DNA from: a virus
Taxonomy: Duplodnaviria; Caudoviricetes
Reading direction: 5' to 3' (one strand)
IMG/VR virus record: IMGVR_UViG_3300042207_000176
Span: 1-28,858 of that record
DNA length: 28,858 nucleotides
The translations under genes were made by a program, and so were the position numbers. The notes below the pieces were generated by a model that saw nothing but the letters and a program-made list of their open reading frames with translations, made no database searches and had not been told where the DNA came from. The stretch's first letter is position 1. Each line of letters begins with the position of its first letter. Shown in pieces: positions 1 through 8,353 of this stretch.

Positions 1-216
1 ATGACTGCTTCATACAAAAACGCAATCGCCGCCAATATCAGCGCACTGAACGACATACTCGCACAGCTCGCTGCCACAGGGGCCGAGGCCGAAGAGGCGA
101 TACGGAATGATAACCAAAACGGCGCGGTCGGGGCGCTGGCGGATTTTGAAGGGCTGATCGGCACCGCCCAAAGCATTCATGGCACGGTTCTCGCCCTGCA
201 CAGGCAGCCCAATTAA
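1..216 (+). CDS. Hypothetical small helical protein (71 aa)
   Basis: ATG at 1, Ala-rich amphipathic helical sequence, followed directly by an intrinsic terminator. The RBS lies outside the window. Confidence 0.7.
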   Translation: MTASYKNAIAANISALNDILAQLAATGAEAEEAIRNDNQNGAVGALADFEGLIGTAQSIHGTVLALHRQPN

Positions 217-236
217 ACCGTTTCTTTTGGAGCCTG

Positions 237-260
237 GCCGGGGCATTGCCCCGGCTTTTT
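237..260 (+). terminator. Rho-independent terminator
   Basis: GCCGGGGC-ATT-GCCCCGGC followed by TTTTT, 20 nt after the stop of ORF 1-216. Confidence 0.85.
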
Positions 261-395
261 CGTCGCTTATCCACTCATTCACAGGATAAGCCAACTTCGC
301 AAATTCTTTGCTCTCTTTCGACTGGCAATCGGCGGCGAACGGAGCGGTACTGTCCTTACCGCAAATGATAAAGACCCGCGACCAGGAGCATAAAG

Positions 396-572
396 ATGAA
401 TGATTTGAACCAGCTTTTTGAACAGATCGCCCGCGACGAGCTGTTTATCAACACGCTCGAAACCAAAGGGCATGACAGCAAAGATTTTCATGATGTTGCT
501 GTATGGGGCTTAAAAGCGGCTTTGCGCCGCGCCTATGAAGCAGGGGCGCAGAGCACGGCCAAGGGCAAATAA
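396..572 (+). CDS. DUF6900-like small phage protein (58 aa; not in the supplied ORF track)
   Basis: AGGAG at 384-388, ATG at 396. Translation MNDLNQLFEQIARDELFINTLETKGHDSKDFHDVAVWGLKAALRRAYEAGAQSTAKGK carries the recalled 'TLET..DS.DFHDVAVW....AL..AYEAG' signature. Confidence 0.85.
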   Translation: MNDLNQLFEQIARDELFINTLETKGHDSKDFHDVAVWGLKAALRRAYEAGAQSTAKGK

Positions 573-596
573 GCAGATTTACAATGTTAAAGAACC

Positions 597-624
597 GCCG
601 GGGCATCATCGCCCCGGCTTTTTT
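597..624 (+). terminator. Rho-independent terminator between convergent genes
   Basis: GCCGGGGC-ATCATC-GCCCCGGC-TTTTTT; the stem is identical to that at 237-255. Confidence 0.85.
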
Positions 625-627
625 GTG

Positions 628-1428
628 TCAGGTGTTGGAAATGATCAGTTCACCAAAAGCACGACGGCTTTCGGCCTGACGGGCAATTGAATAATTGACC
701 TCGACAGTCTCGATTGAGAACCCGGCAAAGATTTCGCGGATCTCTGGCACGTCATTGAGAGATAGAATAAAACGCCCTGAGAGGCCTCTTAGAAGTTCTG
801 ACAGTCTCTCAAAATCAGCCCGTTCAAAGACATTCTTCCCATAATCATTCTCGCCGCCAAAATAAGGTGGATCGAGGTAAAATAATGTCTCTGCCCGGTC
901 ATAACGTTTGATGAAGTCACCATAAGGCAGGCATTCAATCACCACGCCCGACAGGCGCGAATGCAAATCGTCAAGCATCGGCCCGAGCTTCGTAATGTCA
1001 AACCGCCCCGGTCGCTCGACCGACACCCCGAAATTGCGACCCGAAACCTTGCCACCAAACGCTGTGCGCTGGAGGTACAGGAAACGGGCTGCGCGTTCGA
1101 GGTCGGTCAGTGTGGTCGGATCGGTTTTGACCAGGCGTTCAAACTCTGCCCTGGTCGTAATCTGGAACCTCATCATTTCCATAAACGGCACATAATGACG
1201 CTGGAGGATGCGATAAAAGGTGGCCAGTTCGCGGTTGATGTCGTTGATGACTTCGGCCTTGGGTTGGCGGATTCGGCGGAGAAAAACCCCACCCATACCG
1301 ACAAAAGGCTCTGCATAGGTGGCGTGATCGATCTGATCAATCATAACCACCAAACGCTTGGCAAGGTTGCGTTTGCCCCCAAGATAGGGAGCAACCGGAA
1401 GCACGGGTTTAACTATTTGAGTCGACAT
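628..1428 (-). CDS. DNA adenine methyltransferase (D12/Dam-like class) in the Mu mom position
   Basis: Motifs PYLGGK, YAEPFVGMGGVF (SAM binding), EVINDIN and FYLDPPY (catalytic motif IV). Confidence 0.95.
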   Translation of the reverse strand: MSTQIVKPVLPVAPYLGGKRNLAKRLVVMIDQIDHATYAEPFVGMGGVFLRRIRQPKAEVINDINRELATFYRILQRHYVPFMEMMRFQITTRAEFERLVKTDPTTLTDLERAARFLYLQRTAFGGKVSGRNFGVSVERPGRFDITKLGPMLDDLHSRLSGVVIECLPYGDFIKRYDRAETLFYLDPPYFGGENDYGKNVFERADFERLSELLRGLSGRFILSLNDVPEIREIFAGFSIETVEVNYSIARQAESRRAFGELIISNT

Positions 1429-1456
1429 TGGTTTTACAGGCTTTAATCTGGCCGCG

Positions 1457-1549
1457 CCGTTGCAACGGTGGCGGGGCGATTTAGTCGTGGGAGCTGATCT
1501 CTCCCGGTTCAGGGTGCGTCAACACCCTGACCCCCGCCTTTAAACGGGG
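1457..1549. promoter_or_regulatory. Structured non-coding element upstream of the methylase (5' leader or antisense RNA)
   Basis: GGCGGGG (1470-1476) pairs with CCCCGCC (1532-1538), enclosing hairpins GGGAG/CTCCC (1489-1505) and TCAGGGTG/CACCCTGA (1509-1530). A perfect palindrome CCGTTGCAACGG lies at 1457-1468. Confidence 0.55.
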
Positions 1550-1602
1550 ATAGTCTCGTCAGGCAATCATCAGGTTAAGGCGTTATCTGTCATCGCAGCC
1601 CC

Positions 1603-1857
1603 CTAAACCGTCCTCAGCCAGTGATAGACAGTGGTTTCGGTGGTGTCCTCGGCGGTAACGGTCGTGGTGCCGATTTTTTGCCAAGTGCCGGGAGAAGCTG
1701 GCGCGGTGTCGTTTACTGTCGCCAGTACCTGACCCGGTTCGGTCAGGACATTTGTCGCAAGTTTCGCAGTTGTGACCGAACCGTTTGGCATTAGCTCGGG
1801 AAAATAATCACTGACTTTTTCAAGCGCCTGATCAAGATAAAATTGCAGCTTAAACAT
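1603..1857 (-). CDS. Small tail-fibre-associated protein (84 aa)
   Basis: Start overlaps the stop of the upstream gene. The C-terminal 'P..PGTWQKIG...TVYHWLRT' resembles T4 gp10 C-terminal-like tail modules. Confidence 0.7.
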   Translation of the reverse strand: MFKLQFYLDQALEKVSDYFPELMPNGSVTTAKLATNVLTEPGQVLATVNDTAPASPGTWQKIGTTTVTAEDTTETTVYHWLRTV

Positions 1858-2170
1858 GTTGCCCTGCCCAAATCACTTGTGGGGTTTCCGGGGTCACGAT
1901 CAGTTCTTCCGGGATTGTTTCGGCAAAGCTGTCCCGCACGATCATGTTAGCGTGAAAGCCGGTTAACCAGCCTTGCGAGGTTAACTCATTTCCAGCGTCG
2001 TCAAACGTTGGCGGTTGCGTCGGGTCAGGCAGTCGGCCAAGGATGGCCAACGCCCAGACATTTCCACCAAGCGCCCACTCATCGTTACCCTGTTCATCTT
2101 TGGAATGAGCGAAAACCAAGCCCTCCCAAAGGGCCGCTTCATTATCTGCACGTAGGCAAATGTATTGCAT
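1850..2170 (-). CDS. Putative tail fibre assembly/chaperone protein (106 aa)
   Basis: Directly downstream of the tail fibre with a GAGGAG RBS. Acidic protein with a 'GFHAN...V.P.TP...W' pattern seen in fibre-adjacent genes. Confidence 0.75.
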   Translation of the reverse strand: MQYICLRADNEAALWEGLVFAHSKDEQGNDEWALGGNVWALAILGRLPDPTQPPTFDDAGNELTSQGWLTGFHANMIVRDSFAETIPEELIVTPETPQVIWAGQHV

Positions 2171-2183
2171 GATGATTGTCTCC

Positions 2184-3971
2184 TCAGGGGAACCGGCACA
2201 TGGCTTCGGCGTCAGTTACAGATATCGCGCCCGGTAAAGTTGCGCCCTGCACATGTCGAATAAAGCCAGCACGCGACATGTCGCTGCTGCGATTGCCGAT
2301 GGTTAGTGTTGTTATGTCACGGGGAATTTCGCAGTCGGTATCAATTACAGTAGTTACCGGCTCGTTTATACCATTACCCAGATTTAAACCAGAACCTGCG
2401 ACCGTCAGGAATGTCTTGTTTCGTTCAATAGACCAACAGGTTCGTAGTCTTTGGCGCCCTGTGACAACAGGCCCCTGCAATGTAACTACAAAAGTCCCTT
2501 CATTTAGAACGTTCAAGCAAATTTGCCCGGTATTAACACGAAAGACGGTAATCAGATTATTTGTCGACCCATCATCGAATGCACTTGCATACTGCGGCGT
2601 TGCACCCTGACCTATTGCTGTCCAGAAATCGTCAAACCGGGAAAAAGATTCTCTGTCTCGCCAGTCGGGGAGGTTAGACGTCAAGGTTCTTACCTTGTCC
2701 GCATCGCGTATTACTGGAAATGATCCTGTTGGCATATAGGACGATGGAAAATTTGCATCCGGTTCGACCTGAAAACCAGATGCAAAGAGTTTTGAAGAAA
2801 CGGTTTTATGCACGTCGCGGATAAGAACACCCCAGCCGCGTACTAAATTAGAAGTCGCGACAACTGGTATCCAAACGCGCATACTTCCGTCTTGATACGT
2901 CTCTTTCGTGAGTGATGCCCACGTTCTTGGAGCCCCGTCTGCCACTATACTGAAAGGGTTGATAGGTGAGGCTTCTGTCCCAGGACTTCCAAATTCCGCA
3001 TTAATATCCCTGCCGTCTTCATAGGCGAGGTAAATGCTGAATGTGTAATGTTTGTCCAAAACTGTCGCATAGTTTTGGCTATACCTGAACGTCAATCCTG
3101 TTTCAGCTTTGACCAAAGAAGCCGCAGTATCCAACGGGAATTTAAAGGACGTTGATTGGTTTGATGCCGTGTCACCACCCGCAGAAAACCCTGTGCCGCC
3201 AAGTGCAGTATTGCTGTTAATTGCAACGTTTTGGCGCTGTCCCTCAATCATCCAACCTATCAGGATATCCCTTTCGTATTCCTGGCGAAGTACATCGACG
3301 CTGACCTGTGATAGCTTGTCAAACTTATCCCTGCGATACGCCAGGGTACCGCGAATATCAGGCTGGATAATGCTATCAGTGCGTCGACCCGGGATTGGGA
3401 AAACAGCCCCTCGCGCCATAGGTTTTCGCGAAATTCTGTCGAGCGGGTCGAGTGTGCGGTTGATTGCATTCTCATAAAGCACCTCCCCAAGGGACGCCAA
3501 ACCAATCAGCACCGAGGACAGGGCTGGTGTCAGCAATGATTGCTGAAGGCTGACTGTCGTTTTGTCGGTCCCGGCCAAATAGGACGCGACCGACACCACG
3601 CTATGGATTTGCGTCGTGCCGTGCATCAGACGCAGCACAAGGCCTGACAGGTATTTGGCCGTCTGATCGCCCGGTACGGTAAAGCTCTGTGCGCTGACAT
3701 AGGTTGGTACATCACCAGACGCGATCCATGTCATGTTTTTCAAGCTCTCAAACTTGAGGCTGCCATCGTCGTTTATTGCCACTGCAAGCCGGTCCTTAAC
3801 TGTCGACTTAGACCCGCGCGCCGCCACAACCTCGTTTTTCGTGCTGGCCAGCGCAAGGTTCTCCTGCGCTTTCAGGCGGTCGTTAACATCATTAAGGTTG
3901 GATCGCGTCGCATCCAGTGCCTCGCCAAAGGTGCCCTCACTTGCACTGGGTTTTGTGGGATCAAAGGTCAT
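2184..3971 (-). CDS. Tail fibre / receptor-binding protein (595 aa)
   Basis: Position after the tip protein with an ATGA overlap. N-terminal coiled segment, 'GWMIEGQRQN' and 'QVE....PSSYMPT....R.AD' fibre motifs, beta-rich lectin-like C-terminus. Confidence 0.8.
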   Translation of the reverse strand: MTFDPTKPSASEGTFGEALDATRSNLNDVNDRLKAQENLALASTKNEVVAARGSKSTVKDRLAVAINDDGSLKFESLKNMTWIASGDVPTYVSAQSFTVPGDQTAKYLSGLVLRLMHGTTQIHSVVSVASYLAGTDKTTVSLQQSLLTPALSSVLIGLASLGEVLYENAINRTLDPLDRISRKPMARGAVFPIPGRRTDSIIQPDIRGTLAYRRDKFDKLSQVSVDVLRQEYERDILIGWMIEGQRQNVAINSNTALGGTGFSAGGDTASNQSTSFKFPLDTAASLVKAETGLTFRYSQNYATVLDKHYTFSIYLAYEDGRDINAEFGSPGTEASPINPFSIVADGAPRTWASLTKETYQDGSMRVWIPVVATSNLVRGWGVLIRDVHKTVSSKLFASGFQVEPDANFPSSYMPTGSFPVIRDADKVRTLTSNLPDWRDRESFSRFDDFWTAIGQGATPQYASAFDDGSTNNLITVFRVNTGQICLNVLNEGTFVVTLQGPVVTGRQRLRTCWSIERNKTFLTVAGSGLNLGNGINEPVTTVIDTDCEIPRDITTLTIGNRSSDMSRAGFIRHVQGATLPGAISVTDAEAMCRFP

Positions 3972-6900
3972 TTTTTTACTCCTGATGCGTGCCAGACAAA
4001 TTTTGATCCGGCAGTGCCTGTAATTTGAAAACCCGTTTTGGAAACCGATGCCGTCACCAGGGCAGCACTATCGCCGTTCTCCGCCGTGACTGTCACAGCA
4101 GGGACAACCGCAAAGGTGCGGTTAAATGTCACGGTATCGGGCGTTGTGCCGCTGATGGTACCGGTCCCGGCATCGATCTCGTCCGGGGCGTCGCAATGGA
4201 TGGTGATGTCCGACGCATAGGCCTCAATCACCCAGCTTTGTGCTGTGATCCGCACCCGAACCCGGCCATAGCGCGCGGTGCCATCCCAATGCCCGGCCAC
4301 GGCAGTAGCGTCTGAAAGATCGCTTTGCTGGCCAAGTTCCAGAACCACCCCGATTGTTGCCGCGCTATCCGCCCTTAAAAGCCGGTTATCGACATTCTCA
4401 AGCACGCTGGTCGGCACATCGTTCCAGTTGACGATAGCTGAATAATCAAGGATTTCGGCCTTTTGATCCGACCACCACACGCCGTGCAGGTCTTCACCAA
4501 AATCAACAATTTCTGATACCCATTCGGCGACTTCGGTTAATTGCGGCCCAACAAACCAGCTGACCGGCAAATCGGCCAGATCGCCGGTCGGCACATCGGC
4601 CAAATCCCAAAGCCCGTTAAACAGTTCAACATCATTGGCACTTTCCGGGTCCGACCAGGCGGCACCCACAATAGAAGGCCGCCTGATCTGCCCGCTATCG
4701 GTGCGCCCGATAGACCCGCTAAAGCTGCCCCCTGCGGTCGGCACCGCAAGAGACGCCACAGCGTTCGGTGCCCATGCGCGGTTTTGTGTCAGACGGCGCA
4801 TCACCGGTTCGGATCGCGTGCCCTGAAAGTTGGCGGCCTGAAGCGTAAAGACATATTCACCCTTAAGCGGCACTGAAACCGTGGTCGCCGATCCGGCAAA
4901 CTCGATCTCCTGATTAGCCGCAAGTGTGCCGCCAAGACTGGCACCTGCGCTTACTGGCGTTGCAATTGTCAGAACGAATTTATCGGCGTCATTCTGCGGA
5001 TCAGTCGCAATTGTCGCCATGCCAGAGGCAAAGGATAATTTGACATTGCTCGGGGTTGCGGGTGCGGCGAGCTTCCCCGAAACAAAGATGGTACCAAAGC
5101 TGCTATCGCTTACTGCGAGCCGGTTGCCCGATGGCGACACCGCCACCACCCAGACCTTGTATTGTTTGCCCTGAAGCTCGACAGGAATCGTAATGTTGTG
5201 CGCAATCACCGGGGCATAAAACACCGCGCTGTCATCACCCATCGCGATATGCACCTGATAACTCGCAACCAGCTGGCCTTCTGCCGGTCGCCACGACACC
5301 AGCAAAGTAGATTGGGTTTCATTGCCGATCCGCGTGACTTTTTCAGTAATTTCAAGGTCTGTCACCGGTCCCGGCGGTGCGGCTAGCCCCGGTGTTGGTG
5401 CCGGTTCGGCATCGGGGATCGCGACCTGATCGGCAAGGTGGATTTCGGGGGCGGCATCGACCAGTTCGACCAGGGCATGAAAATCATCCCGTCTTGCAAT
5501 ATTCTTGACCAGCATGTCGCGCAACTCATAGCCGACAATGCCGAACTGGAAGTAATTGCCTGGAGTTGGTGCGCTGTCCGAGTCAGCAAAATCGCGCGGC
5601 GCGACCGGGTTATCCAGCATTAGCGTCACATATTCACCCGCCTCATGCGTGACGGTGCTATAGGCCGTGCCGCCTTTGGACAGCCATATCCGCACGCAAT
5701 AATCATGCTCGCCGTCAAACGGTACGGGCTGATCGAGCGTGATGGCCGATACATTGCCGTCCTCGTCATGAGTAACAGCCTTAATCCGCCCGCTGGCCAC
5801 CCCGATTTTGGGCACCGGATGGCTTACGCCGACCATGCTGCCGAGCCCGAAACGCAAATGCTCATAGCCGACAATCGCGGTGGTGGTTTTTTGCCGCAAT
5901 TGAGCAACCGCAAACCAGTAGCGGCCTTCGCGCCAGGCAAGGTCTTCGCCGTCACACCCTTCCAGTTCAAGGGTTTCAAACAGGGTGGCATTCGCCGCAC
6001 TAAACCCGTCGCGATAAACAATCAGTTCACGGTCGTTTTCGGCTTCGTCGCGCCATTGCACCCGCAAGCCATGCGGTAAATTAACAAAGGTGCGCTTGCG
6101 CGTCAGCGACAGGCAGTTTTCTGGCCCCAGATAGGACACACGGACAGGATCAGGGTCTTCCCACACTACGGAATATTTGCCCGCCACCATCACCAGCTGC
6201 GCGCGGCAGGCCGATAAAATGTCCTGGGCGCGCTTGGTGGCCGCCCGCCGGTCGCGAAAATAACCGCTATAACGAAAATAGGCGGTGTCTTCCGATTCCG
6301 GATCAATCGCATCAGCCAAATCACTATGCGGGGGCTTGCGCGCACAAAAATCGGCCAGCGCCAGCCACATGGGAAGGTCAATTTTTTCCACCCCGCAAGG
6401 CTGCGCCACCGCTTCGCCCATCAGGCACCAAAGGGCTGCCCATGCCGGGTTTTTGGTTTCCTTCCAGTCCCATGCTTGTGTGTCGCGGTCATAAACCGGG
6501 AGCAAGCGCGACGCCCTGACACTGAAGCGATCCAATAGCCCCTGAAGCTGATCCCCCGCCTTGGCGCGAAAGCTGATCGTGGCAATACCCTTTTTGCTGA
6601 TTGGCTGTTTGTGCAGGATGCTTTTGACAGCGGTAATATAAAGATCATCGCGGACACGCGGGCTGTCACTATCGGCGGTCAATCGTCGCGTGCGGATCGC
6701 GTAGCGCCCGTGCGACGGGAGCGGTATCCGCACCGACCGACGCACGGCATTTTCACTGGCCGCCGTCATCGACAGGCTGATGCGTTCGATGTTGGGCGCT
6801 GACGTCATATAACTGATTTCGGGATCGTCATACATCATCCATGTCGGATCAGCGGCGGGGAAATTGTTCGGTATCCATTTTGCAGGTGTGCCACTAGGTG

Positions 6901-8353
6901 TTGACACCCAGTAATTGCTGATACACACCGCAATTTCGAGGCGCTGTCCGAGCGGCGGTGTAATCGTGCCGGTTTGCGAGGCGCCCGGCGCGATTACACC
7001 GCTTTGCCAATACAGGGCAAAGCTGTTCGGTGGCCAGGTTGACGACACCAGATCATCGCGCTCGGCGTCATAAGTGCGCACCGATACCTGGTATTCATAA
7101 CCTGATAGCGGGCTGGACCCGAAATAGGACCCTGCCCGCGAAAACAGCGTGATCGTAATTGGCCCGTTGACCGCATAATCGCTGCGATACACCACCCAGC
7201 GCCGACCGACCGGGGCAAAAATGCGCGTTAAAAAGCTGCTGGCTTCAAGCGGTGCCGCCGAACTGAGGGCCGAGACATATTCTTCGTCAACATCCAGCCG
7301 TTTGATATCAATCTTGGCCTCAACCGTGCGGTTCTGACGATTGCCATTATCGTCAAAATAAACCAGCCCGGTGCAGGCATAGTCAATCACCAGTTCGTCG
7401 GCCTCGCGGCTTTCAACAATCACCGGGCTTTGATTGGTAATCCTGATATTGTAGCTGTCGGTCTGCGGCTGATCGGCAAACAGGGTCGAGGGTGCATCAT
7501 CCATCCAGCCTTCGCGATATTCCAGCTCGACATTTTCAAAATTCGCCACCGGGGTTGTGCCAAAACGTGGCTCGCTAAAGCGCATTGGCCCATAGCCACA
7601 GCCCAGCGTGACGCGGGCATAGACGTCATCGCCGACATTTTCGGTATAAAATTCGGTCACCCGGGGCGGCGTGATGCGCTTGGTGCCATAAAGCTGCGGG
7701 ATCGGGCCGTATGGATCAGGGTCGTTCGCAATGCCGTCGAGCGACCAGGTCGGGCTGGCGCTGTCGCGCGCGTAATCACCACGCGCCGCCGATATATTGT
7801 TGGTCGGGGGTGGCACGATGGAATTGATCAACACATTGCCGATGGCCGTGACGGCGGCACCGGCGGCGGCACCGAGTGCGGTCGCAGCACTGGCACTCAA
7901 GCCTGCACCTTGTGCGCTCGCAGCCCATCCGGCAACGGCCCCGCCGGTATAGATTGAAACAACAATGACTGCGATGGTTAGCAAAATGCGTGCAGGGCTT
8001 TTACCACCACCGCCACCGCCACCGCGCGGTCGCAGCGTAATGGCCATCGACATGCCCGGTTTAACGCGCACACGATGCCACAGCTCGGCAGGGATCAGCA
8101 TTTGCACCCGGGATAGGCCCCAATCCCCCAGCCAGACCTGCACATCCAGCCCGCCGCGTGGGCGCGCCTGATCATCGATTAAAAGTTCGTCAATCTCGCC
8201 ACGCCCGCGCATCTCGCACAGCATTTGTGCAATGGTTTTTCCCTTTGCAGGCAAGACATATTCGACGGGCGTCGGGTTAAAAATCGACTGACCGGCAAGA
8301 ACGCGAATAGCCTGATTTTGCGGACTGTTCATCGGCAAGAGGATTTTAGACAT
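3968..8353 (-). CDS. Tail tip / host-specificity protein J-like with an N-terminal lambda gpI-like region
   Basis: About 1460 aa. Poly-Gly followed by hydrophobic helices, 'YGPIPQLYG', 'NPAW', FnIII-like segment, C-terminal H-lectin-like 'VTFNRTF...PAVTVT'. Start chosen at ATG 8353 behind GAGGG. Confidence 0.9.
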   Translation of the reverse strand: MSKILLPMNSPQNQAIRVLAGQSIFNPTPVEYVLPAKGKTIAQMLCEMRGRGEIDELLIDDQARPRGGLDVQVWLGDWGLSRVQMLIPAELWHRVRVKPGMSMAITLRPRGGGGGGGKSPARILLTIAVIVVSIYTGGAVAGWAASAQGAGLSASAATALGAAAGAAVTAIGNVLINSIVPPPTNNISAARGDYARDSASPTWSLDGIANDPDPYGPIPQLYGTKRITPPRVTEFYTENVGDDVYARVTLGCGYGPMRFSEPRFGTTPVANFENVELEYREGWMDDAPSTLFADQPQTDSYNIRITNQSPVIVESREADELVIDYACTGLVYFDDNGNRQNRTVEAKIDIKRLDVDEEYVSALSSAAPLEASSFLTRIFAPVGRRWVVYRSDYAVNGPITITLFSRAGSYFGSSPLSGYEYQVSVRTYDAERDDLVSSTWPPNSFALYWQSGVIAPGASQTGTITPPLGQRLEIAVCISNYWVSTPSGTPAKWIPNNFPAADPTWMMYDDPEISYMTSAPNIERISLSMTAASENAVRRSVRIPLPSHGRYAIRTRRLTADSDSPRVRDDLYITAVKSILHKQPISKKGIATISFRAKAGDQLQGLLDRFSVRASRLLPVYDRDTQAWDWKETKNPAWAALWCLMGEAVAQPCGVEKIDLPMWLALADFCARKPPHSDLADAIDPESEDTAYFRYSGYFRDRRAATKRAQDILSACRAQLVMVAGKYSVVWEDPDPVRVSYLGPENCLSLTRKRTFVNLPHGLRVQWRDEAENDRELIVYRDGFSAANATLFETLELEGCDGEDLAWREGRYWFAVAQLRQKTTTAIVGYEHLRFGLGSMVGVSHPVPKIGVASGRIKAVTHDEDGNVSAITLDQPVPFDGEHDYCVRIWLSKGGTAYSTVTHEAGEYVTLMLDNPVAPRDFADSDSAPTPGNYFQFGIVGYELRDMLVKNIARRDDFHALVELVDAAPEIHLADQVAIPDAEPAPTPGLAAPPGPVTDLEITEKVTRIGNETQSTLLVSWRPAEGQLVASYQVHIAMGDDSAVFYAPVIAHNITIPVELQGKQYKVWVVAVSPSGNRLAVSDSSFGTIFVSGKLAAPATPSNVKLSFASGMATIATDPQNDADKFVLTIATPVSAGASLGGTLAANQEIEFAGSATTVSVPLKGEYVFTLQAANFQGTRSEPVMRRLTQNRAWAPNAVASLAVPTAGGSFSGSIGRTDSGQIRRPSIVGAAWSDPESANDVELFNGLWDLADVPTGDLADLPVSWFVGPQLTEVAEWVSEIVDFGEDLHGVWWSDQKAEILDYSAIVNWNDVPTSVLENVDNRLLRADSAATIGVVLELGQQSDLSDATAVAGHWDGTARYGRVRVRITAQSWVIEAYASDITIHCDAPDEIDAGTGTISGTTPDTVTFNRTFAVVPAVTVTAENGDSAALVTASVSKTGFQITGTAGSKFVWHASGVKK

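Noticed and set aside
279-491. 70-aa minus-strand ORF (also 10-294 and 38-274)
   Set aside because: Antisense to better-supported plus-strand genes that have an RBS and/or terminators.
1603-3971. Possible invertible G-segment or diversity-generating retroelement at the tail fibre
   Set aside because: No invertase or reverse transcriptase, and no flanking inverted repeats or template/variable repeat pair found by eye.
8003-8026. CCA/CCG triplet repeat
   Set aside because: Encodes the poly-Gly linker usual in lambda gpI-like tail proteins; not a contingency locus.
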